NCBI RefSeq assembly: GCF_000754095.2
Contig: NZ_JQSG02000003.1
Span: 89,397 to 113,396 of the forward strand
Source: Acidihalobacter prosperus
Lineage (GTDB): Bacteria > Pseudomonadota > Gammaproteobacteria > DSM-5130 > Acidihalobacteraceae
Direction of reading: 5' to 3'
DNA: 24,000 nucleotides
Part shown: one piece after another, positions 1 to 11,186 of the stretch
Layout: every line of letters starts with the position of its first letter
Numbering within the stretch: the stretch's first letter is position 1
Made by a program: the position numbers and the translations under genes
Notes under the pieces: generated by a model
The model's database searches: none
The model's input: the letters and a program-made list of their open reading frames with translations, nothing else
What the model was told of the DNA's origin: nothing

Positions 1-1
1 A

Positions 2-772
2 GCGGTGCTCAAGCTCACACCGAAACCGGCGGCGCGACGTACCCTGCAGGCAATCTATGCTGACATGGCATCGGCCGCCCACGCGGTCGCCGCGATCATG
101 GCTCAGCCGGTGGTGCCCTGCGCCCTAGAATTCATCGACGGCGCCGCCATCGAAATGATACGCCGGCAGGCCCACGCCGATCTGCCCGAAGGCGCCGGCG
201 CGCTGCTGATGATCGAGGTGGATGGCTCGCCCGCGGGCCTGGACGAAGCCGTGCGCGAAGTCATGCGCGCGGCGGAGGTTGCGGGTTGCCTGTCGATCAA
301 GGCGGCAGCCACGCAGGCGGAGGTCGAGGCCCTGTGGGCCACACGCAAGGCGCTCTCACCCGCCCTGCGCTCCATCGCGCCCAAAAAGATCAATGAGGAC
401 GTAGTGGTGCCGGTATCGCGCATTCCGGAATTGATCGAGGGTCTGGGAACCTTGAGCCGGCAACACGCGATCACCATCGTCAATTTCGGCCACGCAGGCA
501 ACGGCAACATCCACGTCAACCTCTTGATCAACCCCGACGACCCACGTCAGGCGGCGGCCGCCGAGCACTGCCTGCAGGAGGTGTTCGCGCTGGTGTTACG
601 ACTGGATGGCACCCTATCGGGAGAGCACGGGATAGGGCTGGTAAAGCGCGACTTCGTCGCCTTGGAAATCGACGCCCCCACGCTTGCGTTGATGCATGCA
701 ATCAAACGCCAGTTCGACCCGCAGGGTCTGCTCAACCCAGAGAAAGCCCTGCCGCCGGCCGCGGCTACTTGA
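2..772 (+). CDS. FAD-linked oxidase, C-terminal part (GlcD / D-lactate dehydrogenase family); 5' end lies outside the window
   Basis: The frame is open from the window edge to TGA 770-772. The translation carries FAD-oxidase C-terminal hallmarks: NFGHAGNGNIHVNLL, GTLSGEHGIGLVKRDF and FDPQGLLNPEK. Confidence 0.8.
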   Translation, partial: AVLKLTPKPAARRTLQAIYADMASAAHAVAAIMAQPVVPCALEFIDGAAIEMIRRQAHADLPEGAGALLMIEVDGSPAGLDEAVREVMRAAEVAGCLSIKAAATQAEVEALWATRKALSPALRSIAPKKINEDVVVPVSRIPELIEGLGTLSRQHAITIVNFGHAGNGNIHVNLLINPDDPRQAAAAEHCLQEVFALVLRLDGTLSGEHGIGLVKRDFVALEIDAPTLALMHAIKRQFDPQGLLNPEKALPPAAAT

Positions 773-1187
773 CCACACGCAGTCCCGGACGGCCGACACC
801 TGTCGCTTTCGGCTCCGACGGCTTGTCCCCGCCGTCGGATGGCGGCGGTGGAGGCGTATCGTCCTCGCCGAACATCATGCCCTGCCCGTTCTCACGCGAA
901 TAAACCGCCATCACCCGCTGGACCGGCACGAACACTTCCTGCGATTTGCCCGCAAAGCGCGCGCTGAAACTGATGTACTCGTCGCCGAGATTCAGCGCCT
1001 GCACCGCCTGCGGAGCGATATTCAGCACGATGCGTCCTTCCTGAACGAACTGCACCGGCACCTGAACATCCTCGCCGCTGGCGTCGACCAGCATATGCGG
1101 GGTGTGATGGTTGTCCACGACCCACTGGTATATCGCACGCACCAGATAGGGTCGGCTGGAAGTCATTTGATTGGAAGCGGAACTCAT
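765..1187 (-). CDS. sspB: Stringent starvation protein B (ClpXP specificity enhancer)
   Basis: RPYLVRAIYQWVVDNHHTPHMLVDA is colinear with the E. coli SspB N-domain. The C-terminus ends ...RPGLRVVK, the ClpX-tethering tail. The track ORF starts at TTG 1202, inside sspA. I chose ATG 1187, which has GAGAGGG just upstream and lies 7 nt after the sspA stop. ATG 1166 is an alternative. Confidence 0.9.
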   Translation of the reverse strand: MSSASNQMTSSRPYLVRAIYQWVVDNHHTPHMLVDASGEDVQVPVQFVQEGRIVLNIAPQAVQALNLGDEYISFSARFAGKSQEVFVPVQRVMAVYSRENGQGMMFGEDDTPPPPPSDGGDKPSEPKATGVGRPGLRVVK

Positions 1188-1194
1188 GACCCTC

Positions 1195-1824
1195 TCAAGC
1201 AATCATGTCACGTTCAACATCGCTCAGGCTGGCGCGCACGGATGCACGCGCAAAGGTGCGCTTGCTGTAATCGGCCATGGCCTTCGCCGCAGGCGGCAAC
1301 TGGATGCCGTGCGACGACAGCCGCCAGAGCACCGGGATGACGGAGCAGTCCACGAGACTGAATTCTTCGCCAAGCAGATAGGGACGGGCCTCGATGAACA
1401 GCGGCGCGGCGGACAATACGCTTTCGCGCAGGATCTTACGCAGCTTCGGCTGGCTCTTCTTGTCAGCCGTTGCCAGTTCGGCCATCGGCAGGTACCAGTC
1501 GCGCTCGACGCGATACATCAACAACCGCGCCTTGGCCCGGGCAACCGGATCGACCGGCATCAGCGGAGGATGCGGGAAGCGTTCGTCGAGATACTCGATG
1601 ATCACCCTCGCATCGTAAAGCACGAGATCGCGGTCGACGAGCGTGGGTACGGAGTTGTAGGGATTGAGATCGACCAGATCTTCCGGCTTGCGGCTCGGGT
1701 CGATATGTATCACATCCGCGGTGACGTCCTTTTCCGCAAGCACGATCCGGGTACGGTGGCTGTCCGGGCAATCGGGTGCCGAAAACAGGGTCATCACTGA
1801 GCGGCGGTTGGCGACCAGACTCAT
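1195..1824 (-). CDS. sspA: Stringent starvation protein A (GST-like)
   Basis: RRSVMTLFS..., RIVLAEK, DLNPYNSVPTLVDRDL and IIEYLDERFPHPPLMPVDPVAR are nearly colinear with E. coli SspA. ATG 1824 has GGAG 8 nt upstream and is preferred over GTG 1833. Confidence 0.93.
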   Translation of the reverse strand: MSLVANRRSVMTLFSAPDCPDSHRTRIVLAEKDVTADVIHIDPSRKPEDLVDLNPYNSVPTLVDRDLVLYDARVIIEYLDERFPHPPLMPVDPVARAKARLLMYRVERDWYLPMAELATADKKSQPKLRKILRESVLSAAPLFIEARPYLLGEEFSLVDCSVIPVLWRLSSHGIQLPPAAKAMADYSKRTFARASVRASLSDVERDMIA

Positions 1825-1880
1825 CTCTATCACTCCGTCGTCAGGCGGTACATCGACAGGACGCCCGCCAGTCTCGCGGA

Positions 1881-1913
1881 TAAAACCCGCCTCGCGCCGG
1901 CCGAACCGAGGCG
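1881..1913 (-). terminator. Candidate intrinsic terminator downstream of petC
   Basis: Inverted repeat CGCCTCG (1888-1894) / CGAGGCG (1907-1913) with a 12-nt loop. On the minus-strand transcript the stem is followed by GGUUUUAU (plus-strand TAAAAC at 1881-1886). It lies 18 nt after the petC stop. The U-tract is short. Confidence 0.4.
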
Positions 1914-1930
1914 ACAGCGGACGGCCACCA

Positions 1931-2677
1931 TCAATGCCGTACGTCCTTCCAGTATTCCTTTTTCAGGAAGTATGACACCACAAAGAGCAGCCCGAGGAAG
2001 CTCAGCACCCACAACCCCAGATTCTGTCGCTGCACCTTGTTCGGCTCGCCTACGTATACCAGAAAACCGACAAGGTCGCGCGCGGTCCTTTCATACTCCA
2101 CCGGGGTCATTGTACCCGGCTGGACGAGATTCAGGTGATCGATCGGTGCGTCAGTGGACGGCGGCCGCGTCGCCCCATCTGCGTACACCGCAGCCTGCTG
2201 CCCCTGCAGCTGCCAGATCACGTTCGGCATCGCCACCTTGGGAAAGGCCAGATTGTCGACGCCGGTAGGTCGGGTATCGTCCAGATAGAAGGTCGTGAGA
2301 TAGGCATACAACCAGTCGGCTCCTCGCGCCCTGGCAATGACGGAAAGATCGGGCGGCGGCGCGCCAAACCAGCGTTTCGCATCCTCAGGGCGCATGGCCA
2401 CTTCCATGGTCTCGCCGATCTTGCGACCGGTAAATATCAGATTTTCACGAATCTGGTCGGGCGTCAGACCCAATCTTTCGAAGAGGTTGTAACGCACCGC
2501 CGACAATGAGTGGCAGCTCAGACAGTAATTGACGAAATACTTGGCGCCCCGTTGCAACGCGGCGTGGTCGGTCAGGTCCACGTCGACCGCACGCAGATGC
2601 AGTCCCGCTTCGGCCTGCGCCGTCTGCGTGGCCCAGGGCATCGCGAACAGCAGTATCAGCAGCATCGCTTTCATCAT
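1931..2677 (-). CDS. petC: Cytochrome c1 subunit of ubiquinol-cytochrome c reductase
   Basis: N-terminal signal peptide, a single CLSCH haem-c motif, the PPDLS motif, and a C-terminal TM anchor ([19 protein letters not shown]). Its ATG overlaps the petB stop (ATGA). Confidence 0.92.
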   Translation of the reverse strand: MMKAMLLILLFAMPWATQTAQAEAGLHLRAVDVDLTDHAALQRGAKYFVNYCLSCHSLSAVRYNLFERLGLTPDQIRENLIFTGRKIGETMEVAMRPEDAKRWFGAPPPDLSVIARARGADWLYAYLTTFYLDDTRPTGVDNLAFPKVAMPNVIWQLQGQQAAVYADGATRPPSTDAPIDHLNLVQPGTMTPVEYERTARDLVGFLVYVGEPNKVQRQNLGLWVLSFLGLLFVVSYFLKKEYWKDVRH

Positions 2678-4074
2678 CGCACCCTCGACGGTACGGTCTT
2701 GTCAGTCGCGAGCGCAGGGAAAAACAGCGCAAGCAGCAATAGCCCGGAAATATAACCTCCGGGTATCATCAGGCTGGTAAATACGAGGTGGCTCGTTTCG
2801 GCGGATACCCGCAATAAATCGTAGAGCAGGATGAGACTCATCCAAATGAAATAGATGGCCAGTATCGTGCGCGGCGGCCTGATTCGGCTGAAAAACGCGA
2901 GCATCAGGAAAAAACTGAAATAGACCTCCGAGAGACGCAAACCCATCTCGGTCAGGAAAGGCGTAGGATGCCGGGTGCCCATTATCCCGAGTATGACGAA
3001 CACCACCACGAAGACCATGATGTTGGCCTTGTGCAAAACACTGCGATAACGGATCGATTTGACCGGATTGCGGTCGAGCCAGGGCAACACGAACAATACC
3101 AGGATCGACAACCCCATCGCGACCACGCCGAGGAACTTGTCGGGTATCGAGCGCAGGATCATGTAGAAGGGCGTGAAGTACCAGACGGGCGCGATGTGCG
3201 GTGGCGTTTTGAGAGAATCGGCGGGGATGAAATTGTCGTACTCCAGGAAACGTCCCCAGAAAGTCGGTTGGAAGAACACCACTGCAAAATACAACGCCAG
3301 GAACACCACCACACCCACCACATCCTTGACGGTGTAATAGGGATGGAAAGGTATGCCGTCCAGTGGTACGCCACGGTCGTCCTTCCGCGCCTTGATTTCC
3401 ACGCCGTCAGGATTGTTCGAACCCACTTCGTGCAATGCCAGCACATGCATGGCCACCAGCCCGAGCAGCACCAACGGGAGAGCGATCACGTGCAGGGCAA
3501 AAAAACGGTTCAAGGTCGGGTCCGAAACGACGAAATCACCACGAATCCAGAGTGCCAGTTCGTTACCGACATAGGGAATCGCGCCGAACAGTGAAATGAT
3601 GACCTGCGCCCCCCAGTACGACATCTGCCCCCATGGCAGCAGGTAGCCCATGAAGGCCTCGGCCATGAGAGCAACGTAGATCAGCATCCCGAATATCCAC
3701 AGCAGCTCTCGCGGCTTCTTGAAGGAGCCATACATGAGTCCGCGGAACATATGCAGGTAGATGACGATGAAGAAAGCCGAGGCCCCGGTCGAATGCATGT
3801 ACCGGATCAGCCAGCCCCACTCCACATCGCGCATGATGAATTCAACCGAGGCGAAGGCCAGTTTGGCGTCGGGCTTGTAATGCATCGTCAGGAAGATGCC
3901 GGTCAGTATCTGGATGACCAGGACCAGCAGCGCGATGGAACCGAATAAATACCAGAAATTGAAATTCTTCGGCGCATAATACTTGGAAACGTGCTTTTCC
4001 CAAGTCTCGGTCAGCGGGAAACGGCGGTCGATCCAGCCCAGAAACCCGGTCGTCGTTATTTCCTTCTCGGCCAT
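2674..4074 (-). CDS. petB: Cytochrome b subunit of the bc1 complex, with an atypical C-terminal extension
   Basis: Canonical cytochrome b motifs: [36 protein letters not shown] and [16 protein letters not shown] 4074 is 6 nt from a GAAGGGGGG SD and overlaps the petA stop by 1 nt. GTG 4077 is an alternative. Confidence 0.95.
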   Translation of the reverse strand: MAEKEITTTGFLGWIDRRFPLTETWEKHVSKYYAPKNFNFWYLFGSIALLVLVIQILTGIFLTMHYKPDAKLAFASVEFIMRDVEWGWLIRYMHSTGASAFFIVIYLHMFRGLMYGSFKKPRELLWIFGMLIYVALMAEAFMGYLLPWGQMSYWGAQVIISLFGAIPYVGNELALWIRGDFVVSDPTLNRFFALHVIALPLVLLGLVAMHVLALHEVGSNNPDGVEIKARKDDRGVPLDGIPFHPYYTVKDVVGVVVFLALYFAVVFFQPTFWGRFLEYDNFIPADSLKTPPHIAPVWYFTPFYMILRSIPDKFLGVVAMGLSILVLFVLPWLDRNPVKSIRYRSVLHKANIMVFVVVFVILGIMGTRHPTPFLTEMGLRLSEVYFSFFLMLAFFSRIRPPRTILAIYFIWMSLILLYDLLRVSAETSHLVFTSLMIPGGYISGLLLLALFFPALATDKTVPSRVR

Positions 4075-4670
4075 CACACGCCCCCCTTCGCATCTACGCC
4101 GATCATGATTTTCGCCTCGCTCACATAGTGATGGGGCGGCACTTCCATATTCAGCGGCGCCGGCACGTCCTTATAGACGCGCGCGGCAAGATCGTAGAGC
4201 GAACCATGACAGGGACACAGCCAGCCGCCGCGCCAGTCTGGCCCGAGATCGGGCGGCGCCAGCTCAGGACGATAAGTGGGCGAGCAGCCAAGATGGGTAC
4301 AGATCCCGACGACCACCAGATATTCCGGTTTGATGGCGCGGGATTCATTTCTGCAATCGGGGGGCTGTACGGACTGGAGCGACCGGGGATCGCGCAGTTT
4401 GGGATCGTTCTTGGGCAGGCCGGCCAACATCTGCGATGTACGTCTGACCACCCAGACCGGCTTGCCTCGCCAGGCGACCCGCAGCATCTGCCCGGGTTCG
4501 ATTTTGCCGATGTCGACGTCGACCGGCGCCCCGGCCGCCCGCGCGCGGGCACTGGGACTCATCGATGCGATAAATGGCACCGCCGCGGCAGCCGAACCTG
4601 CCGCGCCCAACGCGACCGTCGCAGCCACCAGAAACCGACGGCGCGGGACATTGATGTCCTCTGCTCCCAT
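4074..4670 (-). CDS. petA: Rieske [2Fe-2S] subunit of the bc1 complex
   Basis: Twin-arginine signal ([11 protein letters not shown]) and Rieske boxes CTHLGC and CPCHGS. I chose ATG 4670, which has a G-rich SD upstream. The 20-codon extension in the track ORF is unsupported. Confidence 0.94.
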   Translation of the reverse strand: MGAEDINVPRRRFLVAATVALGAAGSAAAAVPFIASMSPSARARAAGAPVDVDIGKIEPGQMLRVAWRGKPVWVVRRTSQMLAGLPKNDPKLRDPRSLQSVQPPDCRNESRAIKPEYLVVVGICTHLGCSPTYRPELAPPDLGPDWRGGWLCPCHGSLYDLAARVYKDVPAPLNMEVPPHHYVSEAKIMIGVDAKGGV

Positions 4671-4894
4671 CCCTGTTCCCCCTGTTCGTTTTTGTGATTG
4701 TAGTTCTAGCCGCGGCGCCTCTACGGGCATTTTGTGCTTCGCGGTCCTCCCGAAGCTTCGACCAAGTATCGGGCAAGGTCAAGTCCGCGGCCACGACGGG
4801 AGAACCCGCGGCACCGCCGTCGTGGATACCTCGACGGGGCGGCATGCGTGTGTATTCGGTAGGTGGGAAGGAGGCGGACGTGCGCGCGACCCGG

Positions 4895-5644
4895 TCAAAC
4901 GGGGTTGTCGATATCGACGAAGCGATGCTCGATGTCCCACTCCGCCGCTAGGTGCTCGCCTAACGCCTGTACGCCGTAACGTTCGGTGGCATGATGACCC
5001 GCAGCGATATAGTGCACGCCCGCCTCGCGCGCCGCGTGCACCGTCTGCTCGGAAATTTCGCCGCTGACATAAGCCTGGGCGCCCTGCGCTGCCGCCTGGT
5101 CGATATAACCCTGAGCCGCGCCCGTGCACCAGGCAATGCGCTCGATGCTTTCCGGCCCGGCAGGGATTGCCAGCGGCGCGCGCGCCAGCGCGCCGTGAAT
5201 GCGCGCCACCAGGGTGTCCAGCGTCAATGCGGTGTCCGACCGGCCGATGGAGCCGATGCCTTCGGCCGTGAGCGCAGCCTCGGCCTTCAGCCCCAGACGC
5301 CTTGCCAGCTGAGCATTGTTGCCCAGTTCCGGGTGCGCGTCCAACGGAAGATGGTAGGCGATGAGGCTCACATCGTTGGCCAGCAGCGCCTTGAGACGGC
5401 GGCGACGGATACCGGTAACCACAGGGGACTCACCGCGCCAGAAATACCCGTGATGCACCAGGATGGCGTCGGCCTCAAGGTCCAGCGCGGCCTCGATCAG
5501 GGCCATCGAGGCGGTGACACCGCTCACGATGCGCCGCACCTCCGGCCGCCCCTCCACCTGCAGCCCGTTGGGGGCGTAATCGCGAAAGCGCGACACGCCG
5601 AGATAGTCGTCGGCATAACGGCAAAGCGTGTGCAGTTCCACCAT
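4895..5644 (-). CDS. ybgI: Nif3-like dinuclear metal centre protein (YbgI / GTP cyclohydrolase 1 type 2 homologue)
   Basis: 249 aa. The N-terminus reads ...YAPNGLQVEGRPEVRRIVSGVTAS, with HHGYFW in the middle and a C-terminal AGHHATERYG. Size and motifs fit the NIF3 family. Confidence 0.88.
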   Translation of the reverse strand: MVELHTLCRYADDYLGVSRFRDYAPNGLQVEGRPEVRRIVSGVTASMALIEAALDLEADAILVHHGYFWRGESPVVTGIRRRRLKALLANDVSLIAYHLPLDAHPELGNNAQLARRLGLKAEAALTAEGIGSIGRSDTALTLDTLVARIHGALARAPLAIPAGPESIERIAWCTGAAQGYIDQAAAQGAQAYVSGEISEQTVHAAREAGVHYIAAGHHATERYGVQALGEHLAAEWDIEHRFVDIDNPV

Positions 5645-5659
5645 GCCCTCGCGCCCCGC

Positions 5660-6973
5660 TCAGTCGGTCGCCTCGTCGGACACACGGTATTCGGCCGAGC
5701 GTGCATGGGCGATCAGACCTTCGCCCCGGGCAAGCGTCGAGGCGGTGCGCCCCAGCACGCGCGCGCCTTCCGCCGAGCAATGGATGATGCTGGCGCGCTT
5801 CTGGAAGTCATAGACCCCAAGAGGCGAGGAGAAACGCGCGGTACGCGAGGTCGGCAGCACATGGTTGGGGCCCGCGCAATAATCGCCGAGCGCCTCGGCC
5901 GTGTGCCGCCCGAGAAACATGGCACCGGCATGATGGATGCGCGCCGCCAAGGCATCCGGGTCGGCCACGGACAGTTCAAGATGCTCGGGTGCGATGTGAT
6001 TGGCGAGTGTCACGGCCTCGTCGAGATCGCGCACGCGAATCAGCGCACCGCGCACGCGCAGGGACGTGCGGATGATGTCAGCGCGCGGCATGTCGGCGAG
6101 CAACTCGTCCATCGCTGCGGCGACGCGGTCGATGTAGTCGGCGTTGGGACACAGCAGGATGGCCTGCGCGTCCTCGTCGTGCTCGGCCTGGGAAAACAGG
6201 TCCACCGCGATCCAATGCGGGTCCGTCAGGCCGTCGCAGACGACCAGTATCTCCGAGGGCCCGGCAATCATGTCGATACCGACCGTACCGTAGACCTGCC
6301 GCTTGGCCGCAGCCACGTAGATGTTGCCCGGACCGACGATTTTATCCACCGCGGGCACGGTTTCGGTGCCGTAGGCCAATGCGGCCACGGCCTGGGCGCC
6401 GCCGAGGGCGAATACCCGATCCACGCCCGCCACCGCGGCAGCCGCCAACACCAACTCGTTGAGTTCGCCGCCGGGAGTCGGCACCACCATGACCAGCTCA
6501 CCCACGCCGGCCACCTTGGCGGGGATCGCGTTCATGAGCACCGACGAGGGATAGGCGGCCTTGCCGCCCGGCACGTAGAGGCCGACCCGATCCAACGGAC
6601 TGACCTGCTGACCCAGCACCGTGCCGTCGGCTTCGGTGTACTGCCAGGAGTCCAGACGCTGACGTTCGGCATACGCACGGATGCGCGCGGCCGATGTTTC
6701 CAGTGCCTCGCGCTGGGCTGCCGGGATATCGTCCAGTGCCTGCCGCAGCCGCGCCTGCGGAATTTCGAGGTCGGCGCCACATGTCAGATTCAGGCGGTCG
6801 AATCGTGCGGTATATTCGAGCAATGCGGCATCGCCGCGCGTACGCACGGCCGCCAGTATTTCGTTCACGGTCGCCGTCACCGCCGCGTCGGCCACGCTCT
6901 CCCACGCCAGCAGCGCATCCAGGCGGGCGGCAAAATGGGTGTCACGGCTGTCGAGTCGATGGATTTCCGGCAT
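5660..6973 (-). CDS. hisD: Histidinol dehydrogenase
   Basis: 437 aa from ATG 6973, with GAGG 8 nt upstream. HisD motifs include [45 protein letters not shown] and HLEL. The upstream 115 codons of the track ORF are R/G/P-rich junk that overlaps aroG. Confidence 0.95.
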   Translation of the reverse strand: MPEIHRLDSRDTHFAARLDALLAWESVADAAVTATVNEILAAVRTRGDAALLEYTARFDRLNLTCGADLEIPQARLRQALDDIPAAQREALETSAARIRAYAERQRLDSWQYTEADGTVLGQQVSPLDRVGLYVPGGKAAYPSSVLMNAIPAKVAGVGELVMVVPTPGGELNELVLAAAAVAGVDRVFALGGAQAVAALAYGTETVPAVDKIVGPGNIYVAAAKRQVYGTVGIDMIAGPSEILVVCDGLTDPHWIAVDLFSQAEHDEDAQAILLCPNADYIDRVAAAMDELLADMPRADIIRTSLRVRGALIRVRDLDEAVTLANHIAPEHLELSVADPDALAARIHHAGAMFLGRHTAEALGDYCAGPNHVLPTSRTARFSSPLGVYDFQKRASIIHCSAEGARVLGRTASTLARGEGLIAHARSAEYRVSDEATD

Positions 6974-7032
6974 GTTCGCGGCCTCGGAAGGGGATGGACG
7001 GGGCGGCTTGATCCTCGATCGGCTTGCGCGGA

Positions 7033-8115
7033 TCAGCCCAGCTGCTGTTGTCGGCGATGCTTTTCCCGGCGCGCGTTCACGGCTTGCGCAAGACCGCGCA
7101 GTACCTCCTCGGTTGCATCCCAGCCCAGACAGGCGTCGGTGATGCTCTGACCGTAGGTCAAGGTCTGCCCCGGGACCACATCCTGGCGACCGGCCACGAG
7201 ATGGCTTTCGATCATGACGCCCATGATCGCTTCGCTGCCGGCGGCGATCTGTTCGCCAAGCGCGGCCGCGACCTCGACCTGGCGCTCGGCCTGCTTGCGG
7301 CTGTTGGCATGGCTGCAATCGATCATCAGGCGCGGCGGCAGTCCGACCTGAAGCAGGCGTTCGGCCACGGTCTGCACGCTTTCGGCATCATAGTTCGGAC
7401 CGCGCGAGCCGCCACGCAGAATGAGGTGACAGTCCTCGTTGCCGGTGGTGGTGTAGATCGCGGAGCGCCCGGCCTTGGTCAGCGACAGGAAATGATGCGG
7501 CTGCGAGGCCGAACGGATTGCGTCGATGGCGATCTGAACACCGCCGTCGGTGCCGTTCTTGAAACCCACCGGGCAGGAAAGCCCCGAAGCCAGTTCGCGG
7601 TGCACCTGACTCTCGGTGGTGCGCGCACCGATGGCGCCCCAGCTCACCAGGTCGGAAATGTACTGCGGGCTGATGATATCGAGATATTCGGTCGCCGCGG
7701 GCATGCCCATGGCGCCCAGCTCCAGCAGCAGACGACGCGCCAGTCGCAGGCCGCGGTCGATCTGGAAACTGTTGTCGAGGCCCGGGTCGTTGATCAGTCC
7801 CTTCCAGCCAACCGTGGTGCGCGGCTTTTCGAAATATACGCGCATGACGACGAGCAGGTCGTCGCTGAGCGCCTCGCGGATCCGCAGCAGGCGTTGCGCA
7901 TATTCCTTGGCCGCCTGCGGATCGTGGATCGAGCAGGGACCGACCACGACGAGCACGCGGTCGTCCGCGCCGGTCAACAGGTCATGTATCTGTCGGCGCG
8001 TATCGTAAACGAGACGGGCACCGTCGTCGGTCAACGGCAGTTCCTCGCGAACCGTCGCCGGCGTGCTCACCTCGTGGATGGCCTTTATCCGTAGATCTTC
8101 AGTCTGGTAACGCAT
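7033..8115 (-). CDS. aroG: 3-deoxy-7-phosphoheptulonate (DAHP) synthase, class I alpha; isoenzyme specificity not determinable
   Basis: 360 aa from ATG 8115, colinear with E. coli AroG over long stretches: [76 protein letters not shown] and SITDAC.GW. Confidence 0.95.
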   Translation of the reverse strand: MRYQTEDLRIKAIHEVSTPATVREELPLTDDGARLVYDTRRQIHDLLTGADDRVLVVVGPCSIHDPQAAKEYAQRLLRIREALSDDLLVVMRVYFEKPRTTVGWKGLINDPGLDNSFQIDRGLRLARRLLLELGAMGMPAATEYLDIISPQYISDLVSWGAIGARTTESQVHRELASGLSCPVGFKNGTDGGVQIAIDAIRSASQPHHFLSLTKAGRSAIYTTTGNEDCHLILRGGSRGPNYDAESVQTVAERLLQVGLPPRLMIDCSHANSRKQAERQVEVAAALGEQIAAGSEAIMGVMIESHLVAGRQDVVPGQTLTYGQSITDACLGWDATEEVLRGLAQAVNARREKHRRQQQLG

Positions 8116-8235
8116 GTCTTTCCGGGTGCCTGCACCAGGCGGGGCAGGCGGCGGGCCGGTCCGCACCGTTTGGGTGCCATTTTCGTTCAGAGCGTAACAT
8201 GAATGCACGCCTCAGGGCTGCATATAAGCACGCAT

Positions 8236-8871
8236 TCACGCCTCCTCGACGGCGCGTTGCAGCTGTTCGACGATTCGCTGCACACGGCGGTGTTTCATCT
8301 TCATCGAGGCCTTGTTGACGATCAGCCGGGAACTGATATCCGCGATCGACTCCCACGGCACCAGACCGTTGGCTCGCAGGGTGTTCCCGGTATCGACGAG
8401 ATCGACGATGCAATCGGCCAGCCCCACCAGCGGCGCCAGCTCCATCGAACCATACAGCTTGATGACCTCGACCTGCCGGCCTTGGGCGGCGAAATGGGCG
8501 TGCGCGGCGTTGACGAACTTGGTCGCCACCCGCAGCCGCCGCGTTCCCTCGTAGCCGCCGGGCAGGCCCGCGACCATCAACCGGCACCGGGCAATACGCA
8601 GGTCCAGAGGCTCGTAAATGCCCTCGCCGCCGTTTTCCATCAAGACGTCCTTGCCGGCGACACCCAGATCGGCCGCGCCGTAGCGCACGTAGGTCGGCAC
8701 GTCCGTGGCGCGGATGATGACCAGCTTGATCGTCGGGTCGTTGGTGTCGAGGATCAGCTTGCGGCTGGTCTCGGGATCGTCGACCGGTACGATGCCCGCT
8801 GCGGCCAGCAAGGGCAGCGTATCCTTGAAAATGCGCCCCTTGGACAGCGCGATGGTCAATGTTTCACTCAT
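8236..8871 (-). CDS. hisG: ATP phosphoribosyltransferase, short (HisZ-dependent) form
   Basis: 211 aa. [10 protein letters not shown]...[31 protein letters not shown] and [14 protein letters not shown] are typical of short-form HisG. Confidence 0.93.
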   Translation of the reverse strand: MSETLTIALSKGRIFKDTLPLLAAAGIVPVDDPETSRKLILDTNDPTIKLVIIRATDVPTYVRYGAADLGVAGKDVLMENGGEGIYEPLDLRIARCRLMVAGLPGGYEGTRRLRVATKFVNAAHAHFAAQGRQVEVIKLYGSMELAPLVGLADCIVDLVDTGNTLRANGLVPWESIADISSRLIVNKASMKMKHRRVQRIVEQLQRAVEEA

Positions 8872-8875
8872 GCCG

Positions 8876-10195
<1,320 letters not shown>

Positions 10196-10217
10196 TCATC
10201 GCCGCCCCGGGGGGCAG

Positions 10218-10523
10218 TCAGGCGGCATCCGTGGATGGCGCAAACAGCGCCTCGAGATCGCTGACCTCGACGATCACGCGCATGGATTCCGGCATGTCGG
10301 TGAAACGCACCTGCCCGCCGGCGGTCCTCATGCAAGCCACCAGACAGGCCACGGCGGTACTGTCCGCGCGGGTTACCCCCGCCAGCGAGAGATCAAGTTC
10401 GCCGCCATTTCTGAACGCGCGCGCCAGCTCCGGCCATAGCGCCGGCACCGTGGCGACCGTCATAGGTCCCACCACGCGATAACGGGCGTCGCCGTCGCGC
10501 TCGAGGCGGGCCGTCTCGCTCAT
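10218..10523 (-). CDS. mlaB: STAS-domain protein, MlaB-like subunit of the Mla phospholipid transport system
   Basis: 101 aa with an anti-sigma-antagonist/STAS-like layout. Its ATG overlaps the mlaC stop (ATGA), and it sits in the MlaB position of the mlaFEDCB operon. Confidence 0.7.
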   Translation of the reverse strand: MSETARLERDGDARYRVVGPMTVATVPALWPELARAFRNGGELDLSLAGVTRADSTAVACLVACMRTAGGQVRFTDMPESMRVIVEVSDLEALFAPSTDAA

Positions 10524-11161
10524 GAGGAGGCGGCAGCCTGGTTGTTGGCCTCGTTCTGCTTGGTCAAACGCTTGATCAGTGCCTCCAGACTGGTTTGCGC
10601 GATTTCCTGGCCGAAGGTGCTGCGGTAGTTCGTCACCAGACTCAGGCCCGAGATGGTGATGTCGTACACCTTCCAGCCGCCCGGGGTTTTGATCAGGCTG
10701 TAGTCCACGGCCAAAGGCTGCTGGCCGCTGCGCTGCACCTGGGTGTAGATGGTCGCGAACGGCGGATTCACCGAATCCCGGTTCTTGAGGAACACGACCT
10801 TGCTGTCGGTATGCTCGGTCAGGGACTTGGCATAGGTATGGATCAGCAACAGCTTGAACTGCTCGACGAAGGCGCTGCGCTGGGCAGGGGTCGCGGTCCG
10901 CCAGTAACGGCCGAGTACGAGTTTCGCGGAGGCGTCGATATCCACCGCCGGCAGAATGATCTTGGACACCATGCCGTTGACGTAGCGCGGTGACGACAAC
11001 TCCGCCTTGGTGTGCGTATGCAGGGCGTGCAGGGTTTCGTCGACCGCGGTCTGCACCACCTTGAACGGCGCTTCGGTGCCTGCATCGGCGAACGCGGCCT
11101 GACCGCCGGCGAAGAGCGTCACGGCAACCAGGGTGAACAGCTTTACAATTCTTGCGATCAT
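10520..11161 (-). CDS. mlaC: Periplasmic phospholipid-binding protein MlaC (Ttg2D family)
   Basis: Signal peptide, then LGRYWRTATPAQRSAFVEQFKLLLIHTYAKSL and WKVYDITISGLSLVTNYRSTF, the characteristic MlaC/Ttg2D motifs. Confidence 0.87.
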   Translation of the reverse strand: MIARIVKLFTLVAVTLFAGGQAAFADAGTEAPFKVVQTAVDETLHALHTHTKAELSSPRYVNGMVSKIILPAVDIDASAKLVLGRYWRTATPAQRSAFVEQFKLLLIHTYAKSLTEHTDSKVVFLKNRDSVNPPFATIYTQVQRSGQQPLAVDYSLIKTPGGWKVYDITISGLSLVTNYRSTFGQEIAQTSLEALIKRLTKQNEANNQAAASS

Positions 11162-11186
11162 GCGCGTCTCTCCGTCTCGCTTCGGT

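Noticed and set aside
4575-4590. TGGCAC...GC with the correct GG-N10-GC spacing on the plus strand
   Set aside because: It lies inside petA and antisense to it, with no plus-strand gene downstream. It is most likely a chance match in GC-rich sequence.
4671-4894. 224-nt nif3-petA spacer as a possible sRNA or regulatory element
   Set aside because: It holds only weak features: TACAAT on the minus strand (4702-4697) without a credible -35, a GCTTCG-N9-CGAAGC hairpin (4736-4756), a CCGTCG/CGACGG hairpin, and a short GAACAGG tandem at the RBS. This is consistent with an ordinary petABC promoter and leader region.
4991-7150. 719-aa plus-strand ORF, the longest in the track
   Set aside because: It is antisense to nif3, hisD and the aroG 3' end, all of which have unmistakable homology. 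Its translation is an R/G/A/H-rich, low-complexity product typical of shadow frames in GC-rich DNA, and it runs straight through two intergenic gaps.
7024-8094. 356-aa plus-strand ORF
   Set aside because: It is antisense to the DAHP synthase gene, which is colinear with E. coli AroG.
8163-8179. Sigma-54-like TGGCAC on the minus strand upstream of aroG
   Set aside because: The downstream GC dinucleotide is 12 nt after the GG rather than the strict 10 nt (TGGCAC-N9-TGC), so it does not fit the -24/-12 geometry.
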